In this document: piece after piece, positions 1 through 10,153 of the stretch
Layout: each line of letters starts with the position of its first letter
How positions within the stretch are numbered: the stretch's first letter is position 1
NCBI GenBank assembly: GCA_028865725.1
Contig: JAGWJP010000004.1
Coordinates: forward strand, 5,567 to 69,566
Direction of reading: 5' to 3'
Length of the DNA: 64,000 nt
Source of the DNA: Patescibacteria group bacterium
GTDB taxonomy: Bacteria > Patescibacteriota > Minisyncoccia > UBA6257 > JACRHW01
The notes under the pieces: generated by a model
The model's input: the letters and a program-made list of their open reading frames with translations, nothing else
What the model was told of the DNA's origin: nothing
The model's database searches: none
Translations under genes and position numbers: made by a program

Positions 1-34
1 ACAAGTGTGCTACAATAGTCGAAAGATATGTGCC

Positions 35-679
35 ATGAACATTTCACATCTTGCAGAACGAAAACTGCGTGCCAAGCATATTAACGCGGTGTTGAAACGC
101 CTTTTTCCTCATGCAAAAATGATGCTCCATTATTCCAATAATTGGGAACTCCTTGTTGCGGTCATGTTGTCTGCCCAGTGTACTGACAAAAAAGTGAATG
201 AAGTAACCGCAACGTTATTTAAAAAATATAAAAGACTGGATGATTATGTGCATGCAAATACCAAAGAATTTGAGCGCGATATTCATTCCACCGGATTTTA
301 TCATGCAAAGGCGCGTCATATTCTCGCAAGTGCGAAGATACTATACGAAACGTTTAAAGGAAAGGTCCCGCGTACTATGGATGAGCTGACATCACTTCCT
401 GGTGTGGCGCGAAAAACTGCAAATATTGTACTTGGAAATGCATTTGGCATTGTGGAGGGAATTGCGGTTGATACGCATGTAAAACGCCTCGCTCGCGTTT
501 TGGGGCTTACTGACGAACACGATCCGAACAAGATCGAACGGGATCTTATGCAATTGTTTCCCAAAAAAGATTGGTTTGCACTTACCTACCGACTTATTGA
601 ATATGGCCGGCATTATTGCCCCGCCAAACCACATCATCATGCAGAGTGTCCGCTTACGAAGATCGTGTCATCATTATGA
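35..679 (+). CDS. nth: Endonuclease III (HhH-GPD DNA glycosylase/AP lyase)
   Basis: LLVAVMLSAQCTD, HhH LPGVARKTANIVL, AVDTHV. ATG at 35 preferred because a TG-TACAAT promoter element lies at 8-16. Confidence 0.95.
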   Translation: MNISHLAERKLRAKHINAVLKRLFPHAKMMLHYSNNWELLVAVMLSAQCTDKKVNEVTATLFKKYKRLDDYVHANTKEFERDIHSTGFYHAKARHILASAKILYETFKGKVPRTMDELTSLPGVARKTANIVLGNAFGIVEGIAVDTHVKRLARVLGLTDEHDPNKIERDLMQLFPKKDWFALTYRLIEYGRHYCPAKPHHHAECPLTKIVSSL

Positions 680-897
680 AGATTTATGTTTCTGTGCATA
701 CAAACGCTTCGCACGAAGGAGTGACAAAGATTGACACTCTGCACTACAAGGTTTCTACGCACGCGACCCCGGAAAAAGGAAAAGCAAACCGTAATGTGCG
801 GGAGCTTCTCGGGACCTATTTTCATGTGTCCCCCTCGTGTGTGCATGTCGTGGCGGGAGAATGTGCACACAAGAAGATAATCGAAATTATTAGTTAA
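676..897 (+). CDS. DUF167/YggU-family protein
   Basis: P-E-K-G-K-A-N ... V-V-A-G ... K pattern; ATGA overlap with the nth stop. Confidence 0.8.
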   Translation: MKIYVSVHTNASHEGVTKIDTLHYKVSTHATPEKGKANRNVRELLGTYFHVSPSCVHVVAGECAHKKIIEIIS

Positions 898-949
898 TCT
901 TTTCATTGGTTAGAGATATAATGAAACAATAATGAAGAGATAACCATAT

Positions 950-1279
950 ATGTCCATTTCTTATGAAGAGTTCAAAAAGGTGGAACTTCGTGTAGCAAAA
1001 ATAGTGGAGGCCGCACGGATAGAGGGTTCAGAAAAATTATTAAAGCTCAAGGTAGATATAGGAACAAAGGGCATGGAGCGCCAAATTGTTGCCGGAATTG
1101 GCAAGCGTTATGACCCCGAAGTTTTATTGGGAAAGGAGATTATTATCGTCGCGAACTTAGAACCAAGAATACTTATGGGGTTTGAGAGTCAAGGGATGCT
1201 GCTTGCTGCCAATGGTATCGAAGGCCCCGTGATTTTAGGAGTGCAAGAAGAAGTTTCTCCGGGAAGTACGATTCAATAA
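950..1279 (+). CDS. Stand-alone tRNA-binding OB-fold protein (MetRS C-terminal/Trbp111/CsaA-like)
   Basis: ELRVAKI, SEKLLKL, RQIVAGI, NLEPR, GFESQGMLLA motifs. Confidence 0.9.
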   Translation: MSISYEEFKKVELRVAKIVEAARIEGSEKLLKLKVDIGTKGMERQIVAGIGKRYDPEVLLGKEIIIVANLEPRILMGFESQGMLLAANGIEGPVILGVQEEVSPGSTIQ

Positions 1280-2184
1280 TGGAGCGGGGCTTCGAGAAAA
1301 CAAATATGCAGCGAATTTCGCATTACATAGTTATTCAATCAGGTATCGTTATCGGAATAGGTCTTGCCATACTTCCTATGTATGTGTATGCGTTTACTAT
1401 TGATCATGTTTCCTCTCGGCCCACGAATAGTTTTACGGTACTTCCCGCACATCTCAGTGTAAACCTCTCATCAACCGATGTGGCATCTACGTCTATTTTT
1501 CTGGTGAATCAAAGCAATAAGACGATTGATTTTTCTGTGAGTGTGCGTGATACATCCGGGCTTGCGCATTCGGCACGCAATTGGATTATACCAGAGATAA
1601 CATCATTTTCTCTGGATCCAGGGCAACGCATTCGATTTGGGATTATGGTGCAGCCCCCCGCCTCGCTTCTTGATGGTGATTATTATGCGTCACTTCTGAT
1701 TGCGGGAACTACGCGTGATGAAACTGCATTGCATTTGATCAGCAGCTTAGAGGTGCCCGTGTTTATCGCCGCCAATAAAGGAGGCACGCTCATCACGAAA
1801 GGGGAGATTACGCGTTTTTATGTGGCACCAGTGCTTTTTTCTTCTCCCATTCATTTTGAGTGGTCCTATCGCAACAAAGGAAATTCCTATGTAAGAACAG
1901 GAGGGGTGATTGTAGTACACGATGTACTGCGCGGTGCGGAGGAGGACATTCCTATCAATATGTTTTATGTTCTTTCGGGAGACACCAAAAATATTGTGAC
2001 GTCCTATGCGCCACGCGTTTCATTCGGTATTTTTACTGCCACGCTTGCGTTATTTGATGAGAAGCCTCACTCAATTATATTTGTGCTCGTTCCGTGGCAA
2101 GAAACAGGTATTGTTCTTGTGTTTATAGTGTTGTGGTGGGTCGGGAATGGGATGCGAAAGAAATCGCATATGAGCGTGAAATAA
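1279..2184 (+). CDS. Membrane-anchored surface protein, DUF916/WxL-interacting-like Ig domains
   Basis: N-terminal TM/signal; NQS..F, WI, L.PG, PP....GDYYA, NKGN motifs; C-terminal PW + TM + basic tail. Confidence 0.55.
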   Translation: MERGFEKTNMQRISHYIVIQSGIVIGIGLAILPMYVYAFTIDHVSSRPTNSFTVLPAHLSVNLSSTDVASTSIFLVNQSNKTIDFSVSVRDTSGLAHSARNWIIPEITSFSLDPGQRIRFGIMVQPPASLLDGDYYASLLIAGTTRDETALHLISSLEVPVFIAANKGGTLITKGEITRFYVAPVLFSSPIHFEWSYRNKGNSYVRTGGVIVVHDVLRGAEEDIPINMFYVLSGDTKNIVTSYAPRVSFGIFTATLALFDEKPHSIIFVLVPWQETGIVLVFIVLWWVGNGMRKKSHMSVK

Positions 2185-2227
2185 TGCACATATACATATA
2201 TGCGAGAACCCTATATAATAAAAACAT

Positions 2228-2965
2228 ATGAAGCGCGCATCAACGATCATTAGTATTTTCGCTTATCTTCTTCTCGTTTCTTATGCGGGAGCGGATACGA
2301 TGTCTTCCGCGAACTATAAGATTGTACAGGATTCATTGAATTATGGAGGAAGTGTGAGTTCTTCCACAAACTATAGTCTTAATGATACGGCAGGAGATGT
2401 GGCCCCGGGATCTATCAGTAGCACTAATTATACGATAGGGGGTGGGTACTTGCCCATGAATGAGACGACGCTTTCTATCTCTCTTTTAAGCCCTACATCT
2501 CTTTCATCGCTGCAAGATCAGACATCGGGCTCTTCCACAGATACTTCCCCGGTGACTGTTACCACCGACGACCCCGCAGGATACGCCCTGACGGTGAGTG
2601 CTGCCACATCGCCTCTTCTTGAAAAGGGAAGCGATAGTATTGCTGATTATGCGGAAACGGCGAGTGGAACACCGGAATTTTGGAGTGTAGCCACAGGGGA
2701 CGCCGCGTTTGGTTTTTCTGTGAGCGGGTCTAATGTACCCGGGCTGTTTAAGGATAATGGCAGCGCGTGCGGATCAGGATCTGCAAATGGATTATGTTTT
2801 ATGGGATTCAAAGGAACTAATCCTATTACGATAGGAAGTATGAGCACACGTACATCCACGAGCGGTGACACCACTACGCTTCACTATCAAATGGAAACAA
2901 AAGGAGCAACGATTTCTCCGGGAACTTACGGCGGCACTCTCACGCTTACCGCAACTGCGAATTAA
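2228..2965 (+). CDS. Secreted Ser/Thr-rich beta-sandwich surface protein (WxL-like)
   Basis: Signal peptide, MSSANYKI..DS.NYGG start, VTTDDPAGY.L, C-terminal PGTYGGTLTLTATAN strand. Confidence 0.55.
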   Translation: MKRASTIISIFAYLLLVSYAGADTMSSANYKIVQDSLNYGGSVSSSTNYSLNDTAGDVAPGSISSTNYTIGGGYLPMNETTLSISLLSPTSLSSLQDQTSGSSTDTSPVTVTTDDPAGYALTVSAATSPLLEKGSDSIADYAETASGTPEFWSVATGDAAFGFSVSGSNVPGLFKDNGSACGSGSANGLCFMGFKGTNPITIGSMSTRTSTSGDTTTLHYQMETKGATISPGTYGGTLTLTATAN

Positions 2966-2973
2966 GGGCTATT

Positions 2974-4878
2974 ATGCAAATCAAAAAATATCTTATTACA
3001 GCAGGAAGTAGCGTGGTAATAATAGCGGTATCAGTACAGGCTTCTTTTGTGTGGGGAGCGGGAGGGAGTCCGCCTGTCACGGCGACGACAAGTAATACGA
3101 TTTCAATCACTATTAATGCCGCTTCGGGGGGCTCTACATCGTTGTCTGCGGGGACAACGAGCAACGCAAGTACTCTTCCGGTATCCTCTGCAACGTCCAC
3201 CGCATCATCTTCGTTGCCGTATATTCAACCTGTATCTTCAAGTACGCCCCCTTCAGTTCTCTCTGTCTTAATACAGAATATTACGGATTATTCGGCGGAA
3301 ATAGTAGTAAAGAGCAATGAGAATGTATCGGTAAAAGCAAGCTACAACCCTCTTGGTTTTTTCCAATCAGAATCCATATATGATACTGCAACGAGCACGG
3401 ATCATATCCTCACATTAAATGGATTGGATCCAGAAACGCAATATGTTTTTCAGCTTGTATTAACAAATGAAAATGGATTACAAACATTAGACAAAGCAAG
3501 AGATTTTCGTACTCTTTCTGATATTACCCCCCCCGTTATTACCCATCTGCATGTGTTCGATATCACGGATAGAACTGTACGTTTTGATTTTGATACCAAT
3601 AAGCCTGCGAATGTAACGATTTTATATGGATCTACACCGCGACTCGAGCTTGGAAACTTATTAGTGGGGGGGTTTGATGTAACTCACTCGCTCTTTTTGT
3701 CGGATTTAAAGCCAAGCACCCCATATTATTTACAGGTTGTGGTAGCGGATCATTTTGGAAATAGCGCAAAAAGTACGCAAGTGAATTTTACGACGCTTGC
3801 CGATACATTTCCGCCAAGCAACGTCTATAATGCTCTAGTGAATGTGATGAGCACTAGCACGTTGATTCAATGGCAAAATCCTCCAGAAAACGATTACGCG
3901 CAAACCATTGTAGTACGATCTCCTGTGACATATCCGAAGACACCAAAAGATGGCGTCGTTATATTTGAGGGAACTTCTACTTCATTTGTCGATTCTGTAG
4001 CGACGGAGACTACGAAACATTATTTTTACACCGTCTTTACAAAAGACTCGACAGGAAATGTAGCATCTGGTGCGCTGGCACAACCGCCAGGGACCCCTGG
4101 ATTTTTGGTGACTAAAAATAGTACTATCATTGATACTGGACTCACCGCCCGTGTAGTGCGGGGGAGCATGGATTTGCAAAGCGGACCCCTTTCTGTAGTG
4201 GCGACAAGTCAGGAGGGTTTTCATGCACTTTCCAATACGCCGCTTACGCTCAGCGTCCCCGCGTCGCGCGTCGTGAAAGCTGTACAGTCCGCGTATCTTA
4301 CCGTCGATCGAAATACTTATTTTCTTGCATTGAATCCCATAACCCATGCCTATGAAGGCCTTACCATCACTCCTGTACAGGAAGGGCACTATCCATTTAC
4401 TATCACTTTTCGTTATCGTGACAATACTATTGAACAAATTCCTGGTATTCTTGTGGTGGATCCTACGGGAACCGTTTATGAGATACAAGATAATAAACAC
4501 ATTCCCGTTCCCAACGCGCGTATTGCGTTGTATATGTTGAATTCCGGAACACGGCAATACGATTTGTGGCCCGCAGGTTCTTATCACCAAGTTAACCCGG
4601 AAATGAGCGGGAACGATGGATCCTATGCGTTTTTTGTGCCCGCGGGAACTTATTATATTGAAGTAGCAAAGGAGGGATATTTATCCTATGCGTCAAAACC
4701 TTTTACGGTGGGAAATGAAGCGATACATCTTGATATTCAATTGATGCGTCCAAATAGTATTTCATCATGGATGCGGGGAATCATGCAGCGATTTGCTTCT
4801 TCGAGCCATAAAACTATTATTGAAGCGACAGGTCTTATTACGCTTGTGATTGTGTCGCTTTTGATTCTTTTACTGTAA
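2974..4878 (+). CDS. Surface protein with tandem FN3 domains, a carboxypeptidase-regulatory-like domain and a C-terminal TM anchor
   Basis: H...L.GL.P.T.Y repeats, DITPP/DTFPP linkers, NP....DG.Y.F.VP.G.YY..V.K.GY, C-terminal hydrophobic helix. Confidence 0.7.
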   Translation: MQIKKYLITAGSSVVIIAVSVQASFVWGAGGSPPVTATTSNTISITINAASGGSTSLSAGTTSNASTLPVSSATSTASSSLPYIQPVSSSTPPSVLSVLIQNITDYSAEIVVKSNENVSVKASYNPLGFFQSESIYDTATSTDHILTLNGLDPETQYVFQLVLTNENGLQTLDKARDFRTLSDITPPVITHLHVFDITDRTVRFDFDTNKPANVTILYGSTPRLELGNLLVGGFDVTHSLFLSDLKPSTPYYLQVVVADHFGNSAKSTQVNFTTLADTFPPSNVYNALVNVMSTSTLIQWQNPPENDYAQTIVVRSPVTYPKTPKDGVVIFEGTSTSFVDSVATETTKHYFYTVFTKDSTGNVASGALAQPPGTPGFLVTKNSTIIDTGLTARVVRGSMDLQSGPLSVVATSQEGFHALSNTPLTLSVPASRVVKAVQSAYLTVDRNTYFLALNPITHAYEGLTITPVQEGHYPFTITFRYRDNTIEQIPGILVVDPTGTVYEIQDNKHIPVPNARIALYMLNSGTRQYDLWPAGSYHQVNPEMSGNDGSYAFFVPAGTYYIEVAKEGYLSYASKPFTVGNEAIHLDIQLMRPNSISSWMRGIMQRFASSSHKTIIEATGLITLVIVSLLILLL

Positions 4879-5522
4879 TGAACATACACCTTCGTTCTAT
4901 ATCGAAATATAGTATTGGATTTTTTATAATTGGAATCGTTGCATGTTCTTTGGTATTTGCAGAAGACATGGTTGCTCCGCAGCTTTCCAGAGTTACGATT
5001 ACGGGGAGTATTGCGATAAAACTATATTCAGATGGCGCATTTATTACGTGGGAGAGCAATAGACCCGAACGATACATTCTTTCTTATGGGGATACTCTCG
5101 CGTATGGACAAACAGAGACTTCGCCCTTACTTGTGACACGCCATGAGGCTATTTTGCGCAATCTCCACAGTGCGACGGTTTATCATTTTCGCATTACGCT
5201 TGAAGACGGATACAATCAAGGCATAAGCAGGGATTACAGTTTTACTACGCTTGCACAAGGTGTAGCGTTGCTTCCTCCAATCGGGCTGGAACGTTTTCTT
5301 CTGTATGGGAACAGAGGTGAGGATGTTTTGCGTTTGCAGCAATTTTTAACGAGGGAAAATTTATATACAGGTCCAATCACTGGATTTTACAATCAAGATA
5401 CAAAGATTGCGGTAGAACAATTTCAATGCAGAGAACGCATAGTGTGCGGAAATAGCTTCTATGGTTATGGGGAAGTGTTGCGAAATACTTTTCACGCTAT
5501 CAATGCACTCCTCGGGGCGTGA
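4878..5522 (+). CDS. Secreted FN3 + peptidoglycan-binding (PG_binding_1) protein
   Basis: LLYGNRGEDVLRLQQFL...TGFY...TKIAVEQFQ motif; FN3 HEAILRNL...TVYHF. Confidence 0.8.
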   Translation: MNIHLRSISKYSIGFFIIGIVACSLVFAEDMVAPQLSRVTITGSIAIKLYSDGAFITWESNRPERYILSYGDTLAYGQTETSPLLVTRHEAILRNLHSATVYHFRITLEDGYNQGISRDYSFTTLAQGVALLPPIGLERFLLYGNRGEDVLRLQQFLTRENLYTGPITGFYNQDTKIAVEQFQCRERIVCGNSFYGYGEVLRNTFHAINALLGA

Positions 5523-5549
5523 TAAGGCAGGGAAGACAAAAATATGAAT

Positions 5550-5576
5550 TTAGCACTCTTGACAATAGAGTGCTAA
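5550..5576 (+). promoter_or_regulatory. CIRCE element (HrcA operator) with the -35 TTGACA inside its spacer
   Basis: Perfect TTAGCACTC-N9-GAGTGCTAA; TTGACA at 5559-5564 and TG-n-TAACAT at 5578-5586. Confidence 0.97.
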
Positions 5577-5649
5577 TTGTTAACATGGATACATATGATA
5601 TTTCTATTGGAGTACCCGTCGTATAACTGGGTTTCCCTAGACGATTGTA

Positions 5650-6384
5650 ATGCATATGATTAGCGAACGTCAGTCTCATATCTTAAAGTTTGCGTTGGAT
5701 GAATATTTGCGTCATAACAACGCAACAACTTCTCAGCTTCTTTTTGAAGAAGGTAATTTGGCATTGAGTTCAGCAACATTACGGTACGAGCTTGCACGAC
5801 TTGATACGATGGGATATTTGTTTCAGTCCCACACTTCGGGAGGGCGATATCCTACCAACAAGGCGCTCCAGTGGTTTTTAGATGAGTTCGTATTTGATGC
5901 TCTGAATCCTGATTATTATCGTGTAGCACTTGAGCGTGAATTTATGGCTGCGCATGTAGATCAACGCCTTTTTTACCATTTTGCCAATTTTGCAGCAGCA
6001 ATGTGTGATGCATTTTGTGGTGTATATGTAGATGAGGTAGGATATCAGGCGGGGCTTAGTGATTTGTTTTCTCGTCTCGAGGTAGATTCTTCAGCTGCTG
6101 CACAAGACATTATACGCGATTTGGAAGGCATCGACACACGGCTTCGGCGTTGCGCAAAACGTATATTTGACGGTGTGACAACTCAGATCTTTATAGGAGA
6201 GGAAAGTCCGATTACAGAGCATGAAGACCTGGCGGTGCTTGTTATGAATATTCACGGAAGGAACCTATCGAATCGAAAAAAAGGATTTGAGGGAGTAGCT
6301 GTCTTGGTTGGTTCAAAGCGGATGCCTTATAAACGCAACATATCATTTTTAGAAGCGTCGAAACATTTTTTTAATTCATTATAA
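5650..6384 (+). CDS. hrcA: Heat-inducible transcription repressor HrcA (short form)
   Basis: SSATLRYELARL...GYL.Q.HTSGGR.PT, IGEE, G.KRM.Y; follows CIRCE and precedes grpE-dnaK. Confidence 0.92.
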   Translation: MHMISERQSHILKFALDEYLRHNNATTSQLLFEEGNLALSSATLRYELARLDTMGYLFQSHTSGGRYPTNKALQWFLDEFVFDALNPDYYRVALEREFMAAHVDQRLFYHFANFAAAMCDAFCGVYVDEVGYQAGLSDLFSRLEVDSSAAAQDIIRDLEGIDTRLRRCAKRIFDGVTTQIFIGEESPITEHEDLAVLVMNIHGRNLSNRKKGFEGVAVLVGSKRMPYKRNISFLEASKHFFNSL

Positions 6385-6386
6385 TT

Positions 6387-6860
6387 ATGGCAGAGGAACA
6401 TCATAATGAGGAACAAGGGGGTGAAGAGTCTATCGAGCAATTAAAACAAGAACGTGCAGAATATTTGGCAGGATGGCAACGCGCCCGGGCAGATTATGCT
6501 AATTTTCAGAAAGGTGAGGCGGCGCGATTCGCTGAAGTACAGAGGTTCGGCAATGAACGTTTCGTACTCGATCTTCTTACTGTGTTAGATAGTTTTGATG
6601 CCGCACAACAGCTGCTTCAGGATGAGGCGCTTGTGCAGGAGCTCGCGCGCGTGGAAGAGCAGATGAAGAATATTTTAAAACAGCACGGCGTGAGCGAGAT
6701 TGTTGTCGTGCCGTACAAAGAGGCGCAACCTCTTGAGTATGAGGCAATTGAAGCGATACCTTCTGAAGAAGCAAGCGGTACTATCGTGGAAGTGGTTCAG
6801 AAAGGATATGCACTTAATGGAAAAATAATTCGCCCCGCTAAAGTAAAAGTAGCACAATAA
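6387..6860 (+). CDS. grpE: Nucleotide exchange factor GrpE
   Basis: RARADYANF, LLTVLDSF, QKGY...IRPAKVKV; synteny. Confidence 0.96.
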   Translation: MAEEHHNEEQGGEESIEQLKQERAEYLAGWQRARADYANFQKGEAARFAEVQRFGNERFVLDLLTVLDSFDAAQQLLQDEALVQELARVEEQMKNILKQHGVSEIVVVPYKEAQPLEYEAIEAIPSEEASGTIVEVVQKGYALNGKIIRPAKVKVAQ

Positions 6861-6952
6861 GGCAATAACCTATTGGGGTGGGAACAATATTTTTTTATCC
6901 TAATCGAGTCAAAAATAAAATATAATAACAAACCAATTCATTAATTAAATAT

Positions 6953-8830
6953 ATGTCAAAAATATTAGGAATAGATTTGGGAACGACGAATTCCGCGATT
7001 GCGGTGATTGAGGGAGGCGCACCTAAGATTTTAGAAAATGCAGAAGGTAATCGCACCACTCCTTCCGTGGTAGCGCTTTCAAAATCCGGCGAGCGCGTGA
7101 TGGGTTTGCTTGCAAAACGTCAAGCAGTGACCAATCCGAAAAATACTATTTTTTCCGTCAAACGTCTTATCGGAAGGAAATTTAGTGATCCTGAAGTGAC
7201 TCGCGATAAGACATGGCTTCCTTATGAACTTCGCGCGGCTTCCAATGGAGGAATAGAAATCAAGATGGGTGATGCGTGGTATCGCCCTGAGGAAATTTCT
7301 GCGATGGTACTCCAGAAGCTTAAGGCAGATGCTGAAGCAAAGATCGGAGAACCGATTGAAGAGGCTATTATCACTGTACCGGCATATTTTGACGACAGCG
7401 AACGTCAAGCGACAAAAAACGCGGGGGAAATCGCGGGGTTGAAGGTAAAACGCATTTTGAACGAACCGACAGCAGCGGCACTGGCCTATGGATTAAATAC
7501 AAAGAAAGACGAAAAGATTGTGGTCTATGATTTTGGAGGGGGTACCTTTGATATTTCCGTTCTTGAGATTGGAGATGATGTGATCGAAGTAAAGCGCACG
7601 GGTGGCGATGTGCATCTCGGAGGTGATGATTTTGATAAAATCATCATTGAGTATCTCGTAGGAGAATTCAAAAAACGAGAAGGAATCGATCTTTCTAAAG
7701 ATAGCCTTGCTCTTCAGCGCCTTAAGGAGGCAGCGGAACGCGTCAAACACGAATTATCTACGAGCATGGAATCCGATGTGAATCTTCCTTTTATCACTTC
7801 TGATGCATCGGGACCAAAGCATTTTGAAATGAAAGTGACGCGTGCTACGCTTGAGGGATTAGTACAAGCATTGATCGATCGTTCCGTCGAGCTTACAAAA
7901 AAAACTGTTGAAGAGGCGGGGTATGCATTGTCGGACATCAATGAGATTATTCTCGTAGGTGGGCAGACGCGCATGCCGGCGATACAAGAAGCGGTCAAGA
8001 AGTTGTTTGGCAAAGAACCGCACCAGGGGATTAATCCTGACGAGGTGGTGGCAATAGGCGCCGCAATTCAGGCGGGTATTTTGCAGGGTGATGTGAAAGA
8101 CGTGTTGTTGCTTGATGTGACACCGTTGTCACTTGGTATCGAAACGATGGGGGGAGTGATGACTAAAGTAATCGAAAAGAATACTACTATTCCCACAAGT
8201 CGTTCACAAGTATTTTCAACCGCAAGCGATAACCAACCATCGGTAGAAATTCATGTGTTGCAAGGAGAGCGAGAAATGGCAGGTGACAATCGTACGCTTG
8301 GTAAATTTATGCTCGACGGCATACCTCCCGCACCGCGTGGTATTCCTCAGGTTGAGGTAACATTTGATATCGATGCAAATGGTATTTTGAACGTATCGGC
8401 AAAGGACAAGGCGACACAAAAGACGCAATCGGTGCGTATCGAAGCATCTACGGGACTATCTGATTCCGAAATTGAACGCATGAAAAACGACGCCGCAATG
8501 CATGCCGATGAAGATAAAAAGAAAAAAGAGCTTGTTGAGGCGCGCAACCATGCAGAGAGTACTGTGTATCTGGCAGAGAAAACACTCAGAGAACAGGGGG
8601 AGAAGGTTACTGAAGAGGACAAGAAGGCCATCGATGAAGCGGTAGAGTTCGTGAAAAAGACAAAAGAGACGGATAATGGAGATGAGATTAAAAAAGCAAC
8701 GGATACCTTGATGCAGGCGCTCTCCCGCGTAGGAGAAAAAATGTATAAAGAAAGTGAACAAAAAAAAGAAAACAGTGAACCTACTGCAGACAGTGCGTCT
8801 GAACCAGACAAACAAGAAGATACTAAATAA
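6953..8830 (+). CDS. dnaK: Chaperone DnaK
   Basis: [43 protein letters not shown]. Confidence 0.99.
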   Translation: MSKILGIDLGTTNSAIAVIEGGAPKILENAEGNRTTPSVVALSKSGERVMGLLAKRQAVTNPKNTIFSVKRLIGRKFSDPEVTRDKTWLPYELRAASNGGIEIKMGDAWYRPEEISAMVLQKLKADAEAKIGEPIEEAIITVPAYFDDSERQATKNAGEIAGLKVKRILNEPTAAALAYGLNTKKDEKIVVYDFGGGTFDISVLEIGDDVIEVKRTGGDVHLGGDDFDKIIIEYLVGEFKKREGIDLSKDSLALQRLKEAAERVKHELSTSMESDVNLPFITSDASGPKHFEMKVTRATLEGLVQALIDRSVELTKKTVEEAGYALSDINEIILVGGQTRMPAIQEAVKKLFGKEPHQGINPDEVVAIGAAIQAGILQGDVKDVLLLDVTPLSLGIETMGGVMTKVIEKNTTIPTSRSQVFSTASDNQPSVEIHVLQGEREMAGDNRTLGKFMLDGIPPAPRGIPQVEVTFDIDANGILNVSAKDKATQKTQSVRIEASTGLSDSEIERMKNDAAMHADEDKKKKELVEARNHAESTVYLAEKTLREQGEKVTEEDKKAIDEAVEFVKKTKETDNGDEIKKATDTLMQALSRVGEKMYKESEQKKENSEPTADSASEPDKQEDTK

Positions 8831-9068
8831 GTAGTATCGTTATGAATCAAAACGATACGGATTGCAGAGACGAAGATGGAATCACAGTGGGGCTTGTCGA
8901 TGCGTTTATTAGCATTGCGCGAATTCTTGCAACGAGACCTTGGGAGCAATCAAGCTGTGCGTGAAGCATTAAAAGATTTCGCCGTGAATGAAGATATTGC
9001 GTTTATAATCGCGAAAAGTAAAGAGGTTTAAGTCCGAGGATAGAAAATTATTGTTAATTATTTAATTA

Positions 9069-10148
9069 ATGAAAGATTATTATTCTTTGCTGGGAGTACA
9101 AAAGAATGCCTCTGAAGAGGAAATTAAAAAAGCATACCGAAAACTGGCACGCGAATACCATCCTGATCGCGCAGGAGGGAATGAACAAAAGTTTAAGGAA
9201 GTTACCGAGGCGTATCAGGTGCTTTCGAATAAAACAAAACGAGACCAATATGATCGTTTCGGAAGGACATTTGAGTCTGGAGGACAATCCGGCGGTTTTA
9301 ACGGGTTTGATTTCCAACAAGGAGGCAGTTTTTCGTTCGAAGGATTTGATGCGTCAGGACTAGGGGATATTTTTGGTGATCTCTTTGGCACCATGAGGGG
9401 GACGGAAGGAAGACATTCGAGGGGCAGAGGAGACGATGTGCTGCAAGAGGTGGAATTGACCCTGGAGGAAGTATTTCACGGGGTGACAAAATCATTCACC
9501 TTTCAAGATTTTGTAGCCTGTGGAGTGTGCGGGGGCACCGGTGCAAAAACAGAAAGAAAGAGGACGTGCGATCGTTGTAAGGGAAAGGGTGAGATACGTG
9601 AGATGAAAAAAAGTTTTTTCGGCACATTTGCTCATGTTGTTATGTGTCCCGAATGTGAAGGGGTAGGATCCGTTCCTGAAGAAAAATGCACCGTCTGCAA
9701 AGGCGCAGGGCGTATAAAAAAACAGAAAAGTATTTCCGTAGAAGTAACGGCAGGAGTTGAGGAGGGACAGCTTGTTAAGGTGGTGGGGGGAGGGTCAGCA
9801 GGTGAACACGGTGCTTCTTCGGGCGACCTCTATCTTCGTATTCACGTGAAGTCTCACGCCACATTTGTGCGCCACGGTGCTGATCTCGTGACTAAAATTA
9901 ATGTAAACGTCGCAGAGGCGCTGTTGGGAAAGGAGGTGCGCATAAAAAATATTGATGAGGAAGATGTGCGTATCACAGTAAAACCATTTCATGATATTCC
10001 ACAAATCATTACCTTGAATGGTAAGGGGCTCCCTTACCTTAATTCCCGACGCCGTGGTAATCTTATAGGAGAGGTTTATATTACGTTTCCGGGCTCGTTG
10101 AACAAGGAAATCCGAGAGTTTTTGGAGCAACATAAACAGCAGTTATAA
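9069..10148 (+). CDS. dnaJ: Chaperone DnaJ
   Basis: J-domain HPD, G/F region, four CxxCxGxG repeats. Confidence 0.98.
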   Translation: MKDYYSLLGVQKNASEEEIKKAYRKLAREYHPDRAGGNEQKFKEVTEAYQVLSNKTKRDQYDRFGRTFESGGQSGGFNGFDFQQGGSFSFEGFDASGLGDIFGDLFGTMRGTEGRHSRGRGDDVLQEVELTLEEVFHGVTKSFTFQDFVACGVCGGTGAKTERKRTCDRCKGKGEIREMKKSFFGTFAHVVMCPECEGVGSVPEEKCTVCKGAGRIKKQKSISVEVTAGVEEGQLVKVVGGGSAGEHGASSGDLYLRIHVKSHATFVRHGADLVTKINVNVAEALLGKEVRIKNIDEEDVRITVKPFHDIPQIITLNGKGLPYLNSRRRGNLIGEVYITFPGSLNKEIREFLEQHKQQL

Positions 10149-10153
10149 GTGTC

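Noticed and set aside
8347-8949. 200-aa minus-strand ORF (also 14215-14844 and similar)
   Set aside because: Antisense shadows of the highly conserved dnaK and groEL genes
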